From Candidatus Saccharimonadota bacterium (lineage in GTDB: Bacteria; Patescibacteriota; Saccharimonadia; Saccharimonadales; UBA4665), in assembly GCA_963716945.1 (NCBI GenBank), contig OY970322.1:270001-302000 (forward strand): a stretch of DNA of 32,000 nt, written 5' to 3'. The position numbers and the translations under genes are program-made. The notes below the pieces were generated by a model. It made no database searches. It had not been told where the DNA came from and worked only from the letters and a program-made list of their open reading frames with translations. Positions 18,168 to 25,676 of this stretch are shown in pieces. Each line of letters starts with the position of its first letter. Position 1 is the stretch's first letter.

Positions 18168-19388
18168 ATGCTGACATTCAACTACCAGGCCAGAAACGCC
18201 AAAACCGGCGAGAAAGTCAAAGCCCAGGTCCAAGCCGACAACGAAGAGGCGGCCGTCAAACTGATCCGCGAGCAGGGGCTGACACCGCTGGATATCAAGC
18301 TCGAGAAAAGCAGCGGCGGCGGACGTTTCGGACGGCGCATCAAGACCAAGGACAAGGTCCTGTTCAGCCGCCAGCTGGCAACCCTGATCAACGCCGGTTT
18401 GCCGCTGGTCCAGAGCCTGCGCAGCGTCGCCAGCCAGACGACCAATAAGCCGTTCAAAGTCGTCATTAACCAGATTATCGCCGATGTCGAAGCCGGCACC
18501 GCCTTCAGCGTCGCGCTGGAGAAGCACCCCAGGGTCTTTAACCGCGTTTATATCAGCCTGGTGGCCGCCAGCGAAACTTCCGGCACGCTGGATAGCGGCC
18601 TGGAGCGGCTGGCCGACCAGCAGGAGAAGGACGCCGACATTATCAGCAAAGTCCGCGGCGCCATGATTTACCCGGCTATCGTGCTGCTGGTTATGCTGGC
18701 CGTCATGACGTTCATGGTGGTCAAGGTGTTGCCGCAGGTCCAAAGTATCTACGCCGGTTTGCCGGGGGTATCGTTGCCGCTGATTACCAGAATCCTGCTG
18801 GCCATATCACACTTCGTCATCCATGACTGGTGGGTAGCTTTGATTATTATTTTCCTGCTGATTTTCTTCGGTTCGCGCTGGGCCCGTACGCTGGGCGGCC
18901 GCTCGGTCATCGATAAGATCAAGATGAAGGCCTGGCCTATCGGGCCGCTTTACATGAAGATGTACATGGCCCGTTTCGCGCGGACCGGTACCACGCTGGT
19001 CGCCAGCGGCGTGCCGATTATCCAGGTCCTGGAGATCACCGGCGAAGCCGTCGACAACGTCCACATCAACCACTCCCTTAAGCGGGCTACGGAGAAGGTC
19101 AAAGGCGGCAAGGCCTTAAGCGAAGCCCTCGACAAGGACCCCAACTTCTTGGAACTGGTCCCCAACATGCTTAGTATCGGCGAACAATCGGGCGCCCTCG
19201 AGACCATGCTTGGCAAAGTAGCCGACTATTACGAAAAAGAAGTCGACAACGAAATCAAAACCATCAGCACCATCATAGAACCTGTCCTGATGGTCGTCAT
19301 GGGCATCATGGCCCTGACTATCGTCGCCGCCATCCTGCTGCCCATCTACGGCCTGGTTAACCAATCCGGCTTCACCAACGCCGGCTGA
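18168..19388 (+). CDS. pilC: type IV pilus platform protein PilC (GspF family)
   Basis: 406 aa. Duplicated T2SSF domains ('FSRQLATLINAGLPLVQSL', 'FARTGTTLVASGVPIIQVL') and 3 TM segments. Confidence 0.95.
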   Translation: MLTFNYQARNAKTGEKVKAQVQADNEEAAVKLIREQGLTPLDIKLEKSSGGGRFGRRIKTKDKVLFSRQLATLINAGLPLVQSLRSVASQTTNKPFKVVINQIIADVEAGTAFSVALEKHPRVFNRVYISLVAASETSGTLDSGLERLADQQEKDADIISKVRGAMIYPAIVLLVMLAVMTFMVVKVLPQVQSIYAGLPGVSLPLITRILLAISHFVIHDWWVALIIIFLLIFFGSRWARTLGGRSVIDKIKMKAWPIGPLYMKMYMARFARTGTTLVASGVPIIQVLEITGEAVDNVHINHSLKRATEKVKGGKALSEALDKDPNFLELVPNMLSIGEQSGALETMLGKVADYYEKEVDNEIKTISTIIEPVLMVVMGIMALTIVAAILLPIYGLVNQSGFTNAG

Positions 19389-19394
19389 GCCAAG

Positions 19395-19901
19395 ATGAGC
19401 CGTTTTGCCGCCGACGTCCGCCGACCCCAGCAGCCGAAGGCCGGCGGCTTTACGATCGTAGAAACGCTTATCGTCCTGGCCATGGCCGGTTTGATCCTGA
19501 TGATCGTCTTCTTGGCGATTCCGACCCTGATCCGCAACTCGCGCAACAACCAGCGCCGCCAGGATGTCCAGATCATCTTAGGCTCGGTTTCGCACTGGGA
19601 GCTCAACCACTCCGGCGACGTACCCAATACGCCGACCGACAACTTTCTCCAGTATGATACGTCCAAGCTGACATACTACGACCCGACGACCGAAATAACC
19701 TCGATGACGCTGTCGCCGGGCGCCTTGGTACCGGCCTACACGCCCGACCTCGACAAAGTTTACATCTACAACTACCAAAAATGCAGCTCCACCAGCCCCG
19801 GCAGCCCAACTCCCCAGGGGGCGGGCTATAACGACGTGGTAGCCTTGTACGCTATAGAAACCGGCAATTCGGGCGTATCGCCGGAATGCCAGCAGCTCTG
19901 A
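19395..19901 (+). CDS. type IV pilin (prepilin, class III signal peptide), pilin 1
   Basis: '...PKAGG|FTIVETLIVLAMAGLIL' is a G/F cleavage motif with Glu+5. There is a C-terminal Cys pair. It starts 6 nt after the pilC stop. Confidence 0.85.
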   Translation: MSRFAADVRRPQQPKAGGFTIVETLIVLAMAGLILMIVFLAIPTLIRNSRNNQRRQDVQIILGSVSHWELNHSGDVPNTPTDNFLQYDTSKLTYYDPTTEITSMTLSPGALVPAYTPDLDKVYIYNYQKCSSTSPGSPTPQGAGYNDVVALYAIETGNSGVSPECQQL

Positions 19902-19925
19902 GGAACCGCCCCGGATATTTTATGC

Positions 19926-19954
19926 TTGCTTTTTTCGGAACAAATAACTATCAT
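19926..19954 (+). promoter_or_regulatory. promoter TTGCTT-17-TATCAT for pilin 2
   Basis: -35 at 19926-19931 and -10 at 19949-19954. AAGGGGG lies upstream of the ATG at 19999. Confidence 0.45.
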
Positions 19955-19998
19955 CTAACCATAAGCACTTAAACCAAGCCGCAAAGGGGGCATTTGCA

Positions 19999-20478
19999 AT
20001 GCTTAACAGAATCAAGAAAACTAAACTAGAGAAATCAGACCAGGGTTTCACGATTATCGAAGTCATGATCGTGCTAGCTATCGCCGGCTTGATCCTTTTG
20101 ATCGTCTTCCTGGCCGTACCGGCCTTGCAGAGGAACGCGCGTAACACGCAGATTAAGAATGACGCCGGAACCGTTTCCGGAGGTATTTCTTCGTACGAAT
20201 CCAACAATAACGGCGCCGTACCGAACAGCATTACCGGTACCGGTACCATTACGATTAGCGGTTCGGGTGTTGACGACAAGGTCAGCGTCGGCGGCAGTAC
20301 CATAGTTAACACCACGGCTGCTACCGGTTCAGCCCCAGCCTCAGGTGCGCCGGCTCTGGGTACGATTACGGTTTACCTGGGACACCGTTGCGATGGCACG
20401 GTTTCCGCCCGGGCCACCGCTGTTTACTACTCGACAGAAACTTCTTCGGGTCAGCAGCAGCAGTGTCTGGACAGCTAA
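19999..20478 (+). CDS. pilA: type IV pilin, probable major pilin (pilin 2)
   Basis: '...KSDQG|FTIIEVMIVLAIAGLILLIVFLAVPALQRNARN'. It has a C-terminal Cys pair (C...29 aa...C), its own promoter and SD, and a strong terminator. Confidence 0.9.
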   Translation: MLNRIKKTKLEKSDQGFTIIEVMIVLAIAGLILLIVFLAVPALQRNARNTQIKNDAGTVSGGISSYESNNNGAVPNSITGTGTITISGSGVDDKVSVGGSTIVNTTAATGSAPASGAPALGTITVYLGHRCDGTVSARATAVYYSTETSSGQQQQCLDS

Positions 20479-20497
20479 TCTAGCCGCGTCTCAACAG

Positions 20498-20530
20498 CTA
20501 AAACAGGCCTTCACGGGCCTGTTTTAGTTT
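20498..20530 (+). terminator. intrinsic terminator after pilin 2
   Basis: The 12-bp perfect stem CTAAAACAGGCC / GGCCTGTTTTAG (20498-20509 and 20516-20527) has a 6-nt loop. The GC core is followed by TTTTAGTTT. Confidence 0.8.
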
Positions 20531-20531
20531 G

Positions 20532-20540
20532 TGCTACTAT
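20532..20540 (+). promoter_or_regulatory. extended -10 TGCTACTAT upstream of pilD
   Basis: TGcTACTAT is followed by 7 nt and then the in-frame ATG at 20548 (4th codon of the track ORF). This suggests a leaderless pilD start. Confidence 0.35.
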
Positions 20541-21390
20541 GTTGCTAATGATTATCGCTGTTTTGGTGGTTGTAGGCCTCTGTCTGGGCAGTTTCGTTAA
20601 CGCCCTGGTATGGCGCGTCCACGAGCAACAGGCACAGGCCTCCAAGAAGAAACCGGACAAACAATACCTGGCGCAGCTATCGGTCGCCAAAGGCCGTTCG
20701 ATGTGCCCGTACTGCAAGCACGAGCTGGCCGCCAAGGACCTGGTGCCGATTTTCAGCTGGCTCAGCCTGGGCGGCAGGTGCCGCTACTGCGCCAAACCCA
20801 TCTCGCCGCAGTATCCTCTGGTCGAACTGGCCACGGCCGGCCTGTTCGTCTTTTCCTACATCTGGTGGCCGGTACCTTTTAGTGCTGCCCAGACGGCGGT
20901 TTTTGTCCTCTGGCTGGCCCTGTTAACGGGTCTGGTGGCATTGCTGGTTTATGACGCGCGCTGGTTTTTACTGCCTAATCGGCTGATTTACCCCTTGGGG
21001 GTAATTGCCGCCGTTCAAGCTGTCATTGTCATCGCCGCCGCCAACCGGCCAGCCGTGGCCTTGCTTAACGCCGTCTTGGCGGTGATTGCCGGCGGCGGCA
21101 TATTCTATCTGTTATTCCAGTTTTCGGGCGGCAAATGGATCGGCGGCGGCGACGTCAAACTGGGCTGGCTGCTCGGCCTGGTCATGGCCACGCCGGCCCG
21201 CAGCCTGTTGCTGATATTCCTGGCTTCTATCGGCGGCAGCCTGGCCTCGCTGCCGCTCATCATCGGCGGCCGCCTCAAGCGGACCAGCCTCATCCCCTTC
21301 GGTCCTTTCCTGATTGCGGCCGCCGTTGTCGTCCGGCTTTTCGGGGCTGCCATTCTCCATTGGTATACCCGGACATTCATTACTTTTTAA
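20539..21390 (+). CDS. pilD: prepilin peptidase / N-methyltransferase PilD (peptidase A24)
   Basis: 'CPYCKHEL...CRYCAKPI' is the double-CxxC N-terminal domain. The catalytic Asp contexts are 'VYDARWFLLP' and 'GGGDVKLG'. It is a multi-TM protein. The true start may be the ATG at 20548. Confidence 0.95.
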   Translation: MLLMIIAVLVVVGLCLGSFVNALVWRVHEQQAQASKKKPDKQYLAQLSVAKGRSMCPYCKHELAAKDLVPIFSWLSLGGRCRYCAKPISPQYPLVELATAGLFVFSYIWWPVPFSAAQTAVFVLWLALLTGLVALLVYDARWFLLPNRLIYPLGVIAAVQAVIVIAAANRPAVALLNAVLAVIAGGGIFYLLFQFSGGKWIGGGDVKLGWLLGLVMATPARSLLLIFLASIGGSLASLPLIIGGRLKRTSLIPFGPFLIAAAVVVRLFGAAILHWYTRTFITF

Positions 21391-21414
21391 ACTGGCCTTA
21401 CCAGATAACGCTTG

Positions 21415-21423
21415 TGCTATACT
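21415..21423 (+). promoter_or_regulatory. extended -10 TGCTATACT upstream of the minor-pilin operon
   Basis: TGcTATACT lies 9 nt upstream of the ATG at 21433, with no SD between them. Confidence 0.4.
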
Positions 21424-21432
21424 GAAGACAAT

Positions 21433-22239
21433 ATGAAAGGTGGAAAAAAAACACCTCTTGGTTACACTATCATCGAAGTCATGATCGTGTTGGCCGTCTC
21501 CGGGGTAATGTTTCTGATAGCCGCCAATTTCATCAACGGCAAGCAAGAGAAAACAGCCTTCACCCAAGGAGTTAACGAAATGGCCTCCCGCATCCAAGAC
21601 GTTATCGAGCAAGTCACCGACGGCCAGTACAGCGACGTTTTGCTGCAGTGTTCCTGGAACGGCCCCGGCACGCCAACCACCGTTTCGCCGGCCGGTGGGG
21701 CCACGCCTACGCAGGGCACTAACTCGAGCTGCGTCTTCTTGGGCAAGCTAATGTCGTTCACCGATCCGACTACCGACCAGTACCAGGTAGTTTCAATGGC
21801 GGCCGGGCGGGCGGACGCCACCAACGGCGTCACGCCGAGCTTGGCCAGCGTCGACCCGGCGGTCATTACCAGCCTGACCACTACTTCTACCACCGACCAG
21901 TCGCTGGACGTGACCGGCATGTCGGTCACCGATTCCAGCGGTGCCAAGCACATCAACACCTACTACAATATAGGCTTCGTACAGGGGCTGGGGACCGGCG
22001 ATGGGGTCGACAGTTTCCAGTCCGGTTCCCAGACCGTCTCTTTGGTCTATTCGTCGCTCAGTCCGGCCGCGATTAACGGTGCGACGACCACGACGAACCT
22101 GGGTTTGAATACGGCCCAGGCGGCCGTTATTTGTCTGAGTGACGGCACCCAGTCCGCCCAGATCAACATGGGTACTAATGACAATCAGCTGAACGTCGAC
22201 GTTCAGCGCCTGAGTCCGGGGGCGGCATGCACCTTATAA
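21433..22239 (+). CDS. minor pilin 1 (class III signal peptide)
   Basis: 'MKGGKKTPLG|YTIIEVMIVLAVSGVMFL', with Glu+5. The track start at 21412 is a TTG inside the promoter, so the ATG at 21433 is preferred. Confidence 0.8.
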   Translation: MKGGKKTPLGYTIIEVMIVLAVSGVMFLIAANFINGKQEKTAFTQGVNEMASRIQDVIEQVTDGQYSDVLLQCSWNGPGTPTTVSPAGGATPTQGTNSSCVFLGKLMSFTDPTTDQYQVVSMAAGRADATNGVTPSLASVDPAVITSLTTTSTTDQSLDVTGMSVTDSSGAKHINTYYNIGFVQGLGTGDGVDSFQSGSQTVSLVYSSLSPAAINGATTTTNLGLNTAQAAVICLSDGTQSAQINMGTNDNQLNVDVQRLSPGAACTL

Positions 22240-22697
22240 GGCGCCTGAAACAGCCCGGCCAAACCGGGGACACCATTGTCGAAGTCATGGTCGTGCTGGC
22301 TATTCTGGGTCTGGCTATCAGCGTCTCTTACGCTACGGCTAACCGCAGCCTGCTCAATACCCGGCAGGCCCAGGAAAACTCGCAGGCCACCGAACTGATC
22401 CAGTCACAGATCGAGGCCTTGAGGACCTTGGCTGTGGCCGGCGACATGCCTAATATTTTCCAGGCCGGCCCGTACTGCTTGGTGCCGATTGTCCCGCAGC
22501 CCGCTACCGGACCGTATTACACCTTACAGGCCGGCGGCTGCTCCTACCCGCCGATACCTTATAAAGTCGCTATAGCCTACGTTAACAACCCTCCCAGCCA
22601 GCCTGATACTTTCACCGTTACGGCCACCTGGCCGGACGTGCTGGGCGAGGGTAACGACACCGTGACAACTATCTATAGGCTGCACCAGACACCATGA
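22227..22697 (+). CDS. minor pilin 2 (class III signal peptide)
   Basis: '...KQPGQTG|DTIVEVMVVLAILGLAI', with Glu+5. It overlaps the upstream gene by 13 nt. Confidence 0.75.
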   Translation: MHLIRRLKQPGQTGDTIVEVMVVLAILGLAISVSYATANRSLLNTRQAQENSQATELIQSQIEALRTLAVAGDMPNIFQAGPYCLVPIVPQPATGPYYTLQAGGCSYPPIPYKVAIAYVNNPPSQPDTFTVTATWPDVLGEGNDTVTTIYRLHQTP

Positions 22698-23410
22698 AGC
22701 GTACCCGACGAACCACCGGCTTAAACCAAACGGCTTTCACCATCGTAGAGCTAATGATAGCTACGGCCGTCCTATCGACCATTCTGCTGCTGGTAACGGC
22801 TATGATGATGAGCATCGGCAACCTGTATTACAAGGGCGTCAACCAGGCCAGGGTCCAAGATGATACGCGCAGCATTACCGATGACGTGTCGCAGCATTTG
22901 CAGCTGTCGGACAACGTTCCGCTATCGGCCGTCAGCGCCGACGGCCAGACCCACGTTTACTGTATCGGCAACACCCGCTACATCTACGTGCTCAATCAGC
23001 AAATCGGTACCGCCGCCGGCCAAAGTCCGCACGTACTCTGGCGGGACGACAACCCGACACCGGGCAGCTGTGCGGTGTCGATCGGTTTCTTGAGTAATCC
23101 GACCCCCGGCCTTAACGGCACCGAACTGATATCGCCCAATTCCAGGCTGACGGCTTTTTCGATTTCTTCGGGCTCGCCTTATTCGGTCTCGGTGGGGGTC
23201 GCCTACGGTGATGACGACCAGCTTTGCGACAACGGCTCGGCCGGCGACTGCAGTTTCTCCGGTGTCAGCCCCCACATGAGCCAGATCATCAGCGGCGCGA
23301 TTTCGCCGACCGGCCTGATCGTCTGCAAAGGCACTACCGGCCAACAATTCTGCTCGACATCCAATCTTACGACCACCGTCGTGCAACGCATAACCAGCAA
23401 CGGGAGTTAG
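22694..23410 (+). CDS. minor pilin 3 (PilW-like size)
   Basis: '...GLNQTA|FTIVELMIATAVLSTILLL', with Glu+5. ATGA overlap with the upstream gene. Confidence 0.8.
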   Translation: MKRTRRTTGLNQTAFTIVELMIATAVLSTILLLVTAMMMSIGNLYYKGVNQARVQDDTRSITDDVSQHLQLSDNVPLSAVSADGQTHVYCIGNTRYIYVLNQQIGTAAGQSPHVLWRDDNPTPGSCAVSIGFLSNPTPGLNGTELISPNSRLTAFSISSGSPYSVSVGVAYGDDDQLCDNGSAGDCSFSGVSPHMSQIISGAISPTGLIVCKGTTGQQFCSTSNLTTTVVQRITSNGS

Positions 23411-23424
23411 GAGTATAATAAGCC

Positions 23425-24528
23425 ATGGATATGCCAACAAAACAAAAGCCGGACCTGAACCGTAACCAACAAGGCTTCGCCTCGATAGTTATAGCCTTGA
23501 TTCTGATCGTGGTACTGGCACTGCTGACTGTCGGTTTTGCCCAGTTAGCCCGGCGCGAACAGCAAGATGCCCTCGACAAGCAGCTGGCCAGCCAGGCTTA
23601 CTACGCCTCCGAGAGCGGTATCAACGATGTTCAACAGCTAGTTCAAAAAGTCCTGGCCAACCCTGCCGGCATACCGGGGGTATTGCCCAGTTTGGACAGT
23701 TTGACCCCGCCGTCCGCGGGCTTGGGCGGCCACGAGGACCCGACCAAGTGTTTGGCCGGGCAGGGTTTCCCGGGCATACCGACAGGGACGATTAATACCA
23801 GTACCGGCGTATCATACAGCTGCGTGCTGCTTAATCTGACGCCCCCCAGCATAGTCTGGAGCGGCATTAGCCCCGGCTCCGACCGTGCCATTACCTTTGG
23901 GACCACGGGTAACCTCAACAGCCTGACGATTTACTGGGGCAGCAACGACAATAACAACAACTTCAAGTCGTCCATACCGGCCAACTCGGAATTCACGCCG
24001 ATAGGCGGCTGGGGCGGGGCTCCGGGTGTCCTGGAAGTTAGCTTTACGCCGCTGGGCAACATGAGCCGTACCAGCATGATCAATAACACTTTCAATGTCT
24101 ATCTGTACCCCTCAACTACGGGCGGCAGCGTGGCCTATGGTTCGGGCCAGGGCCAGGTTATAGGCGGGCAGTGCAACGCTTCCAATCCCGGCTACCCCTG
24201 CGGGGTGACTATTACCGGCCTCGGCGGCGGCCCCGGCGAGCAATACGTCGTCCACATCCTGGATTACTATGATGAGTCAAACGTCTCAATCGGCAACGCC
24301 TTGAGCACTATCAACACGCCGCTCGACTTCGTCAACGGCCAGGCCCAGATTGACGTTACCGGAGCCGCCCGTACCGTCCTCAAGCGAATCCAGGTCCGCG
24401 CGCCGCTTACGGTTACGGCGCCCATCCCGCCTTACTCCGTCCAGGGGCAAAATGTCTGCAAGCGCTTTTACACCTATCCGGGCAGCGTGACTCCCGACAC
24501 GCTGTCCCCGAGCTGCAACCTCAACTAG
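23425..24528 (+). CDS. PilX/GspK-like minor pilin (no Glu+5)
   Basis: '...NRNQQG|FASIVIALILIVVLALLTVGFAQLARREQQDALDKQLASQAYYASESGIND' has the PilX_N-type pattern. AGGAG lies upstream. It is the last gene of the minor-pilin operon. Confidence 0.75.
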   Translation: MDMPTKQKPDLNRNQQGFASIVIALILIVVLALLTVGFAQLARREQQDALDKQLASQAYYASESGINDVQQLVQKVLANPAGIPGVLPSLDSLTPPSAGLGGHEDPTKCLAGQGFPGIPTGTINTSTGVSYSCVLLNLTPPSIVWSGISPGSDRAITFGTTGNLNSLTIYWGSNDNNNNFKSSIPANSEFTPIGGWGGAPGVLEVSFTPLGNMSRTSMINNTFNVYLYPSTTGGSVAYGSGQGQVIGGQCNASNPGYPCGVTITGLGGGPGEQYVVHILDYYDESNVSIGNALSTINTPLDFVNGQAQIDVTGAARTVLKRIQVRAPLTVTAPIPPYSVQGQNVCKRFYTYPGSVTPDTLSPSCNLN

Positions 24529-24529
24529 A

Positions 24530-25438
24530 CTACTTGCGGTGGAACTTCTCGTGCACCGACTTAAGGTGCGGGTCGGTGACATGCGTATAAATTTGGGTCG
24601 TGGCGATATTGCTGTGGCCCAGCATGGCCTGGACCGACCGCAGGTCGGCGCCGTTCATCAGCAGGTCGGTCGCGAAAGAGTGCCTCAGCGTGTGCGGACT
24701 GACGTGTTTGGTGATACCGGCCATCAGCGCCGACCGGGCGACGATCCGCTGCACGCTCCGGGCCGTCAGCCGGTGGAAGTTACCGGACAGGTCAACCTGC
24801 TTGCTGCCGCTATAACGAACAAACAATGGTCTCGCCGTGTCTGCCCGCTTGCTTAAATAGTGTTCAACCCATTTCGCGGCCTCGGCGCTGATGAATATCG
24901 GCCGGTCTTTCTGGCCTTTGCCGCGGACCATGAACTCCCGCCGTTTCAAATTAATATGGTCGCGGTCCAGTCCCACCAGCTCGCTGACCCGCAGCCCGGA
25001 ACTGAAGAGTAGTTCAAGAATCGCCCGGTCGCGCACCCCGCTCAAGGTGTTCAGGTCGGGCTGAGCAAATACCCGCGCCAATTCTTCCTCATTTAGGAAG
25101 GTCACTTGTTTGCGCCTGGTCCGCGCCAGTTCGACCTTATCGGCCGTCAGGGCGGGTAAATCGCGCTTCGCACAATATTTGAGGAAACTGCGCAGCGCGA
25201 TCAAATGGTAGTTCTGCGTCGTCTTGCCAAGTTCGTCGGACGTATTGGTGCCCAGACGGTTCAGCCACAGCCGCCACTTGCGCACCATTTCGGCGTCAAT
25301 ATCCGACACCTCGATATCGCCGGCGAAATCAATCAGCCGGGTCAGGTAGTGGTCATAGTTCTGAATCGTCTTCTGCGACCGGTTCTGCTCGATTTCCAAA
25401 TACTCCAGAAAATCGGTCTTGGCTTTGGCAAACAGCAT
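24530..25438 (-). CDS. xerC: tyrosine recombinase, XerC/XerD family
   Basis: 302 aa. It has an N-terminal SAM-like domain. The catalytic set is visible: 'SGLRVSELVGL' (R), 'HTLRHSFAT' (H-x-x-R), 'LGHSNIATTQIYTHV' (H...Y). Confidence 0.9.
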   Translation of the reverse strand: MLFAKAKTDFLEYLEIEQNRSQKTIQNYDHYLTRLIDFAGDIEVSDIDAEMVRKWRLWLNRLGTNTSDELGKTTQNYHLIALRSFLKYCAKRDLPALTADKVELARTRRKQVTFLNEEELARVFAQPDLNTLSGVRDRAILELLFSSGLRVSELVGLDRDHINLKRREFMVRGKGQKDRPIFISAEAAKWVEHYLSKRADTARPLFVRYSGSKQVDLSGNFHRLTARSVQRIVARSALMAGITKHVSPHTLRHSFATDLLMNGADLRSVQAMLGHSNIATTQIYTHVTDPHLKSVHEKFHRK

Positions 25439-25444
25439 AAGCTC

Positions 25445-25453
25445 ATTGTAACA
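25445..25453 (-). promoter_or_regulatory. extended -10 TGTTACAAT 6 nt upstream of the xerC ATG (leaderless candidate)
   Basis: Minus strand reads tTGtTACAAT-gagctt-ATG. No SD. Confidence 0.45.
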
Positions 25454-25469
25454 AAGCCGGGTAAGTAAT

Positions 25470-25481
25470 AGGCTCGAGCCT
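25470..25481. repeat. 12-bp perfect GC-rich palindrome AGGCTCGAGCCT at about -35 of the xerC promoter
   Basis: Read directly from the sequence. It is embedded in AT-rich DNA 32-43 nt upstream of the xerC start. Confidence 0.6.
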
Positions 25482-25558
25482 TAATAACTCATTAAGATAT
25501 TTCGACTGTCTGGGGTTTTACGGTAGGCTTTCATGAGTACCATATACCGGCGGGAACT

Positions 25559-25632
25559 CCCATATCAGAGCCTTACCAAACCAGTATCAAAACATATGTT
25601 TTGATACGACTATCATAATGCTTTGATATGGG
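25559..25632. repeat. 74-bp dyad: 24-bp perfect palindrome GTATCAAAACATATGTTTTGATAC (25584-25607) concentric with 9-bp inverted repeat CCCATATCA / TGATATGGG
   Basis: Both symmetry elements share the centre 25595/25596. There are five TATCA/TGATA half-sites. It lies between xerC and the RHH gene. Confidence 0.85.
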
Positions 25633-25676
25633 GGCTTCAGCCGCGCAATATAAAAGCGGCAGCCGGAGGGCGGCAG

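Noticed and set aside
8042-21423. Recurrent 'TT(G/A)TGCTA' strings at 8043, 12467, 20529 and 21412, as a possible pilus-specific regulator binding site.
   Set aside because: The shared part is simply TGC+TA, the extended -10 core (TGnTAnnnT). The same core also precedes tRNA-Asp and unrelated genes, so a dedicated regulator site is not supported.
25559-25632. A fim-like invertible promoter switch, with 9-bp inverted repeats flanking a promoter next to a tyrosine recombinase and pilus genes.
   Set aside because: The repeats enclose only 56 bp, and that segment is itself nearly palindromic, so inversion would change almost nothing. The concentric symmetry fits a protein-binding or recombination site better.
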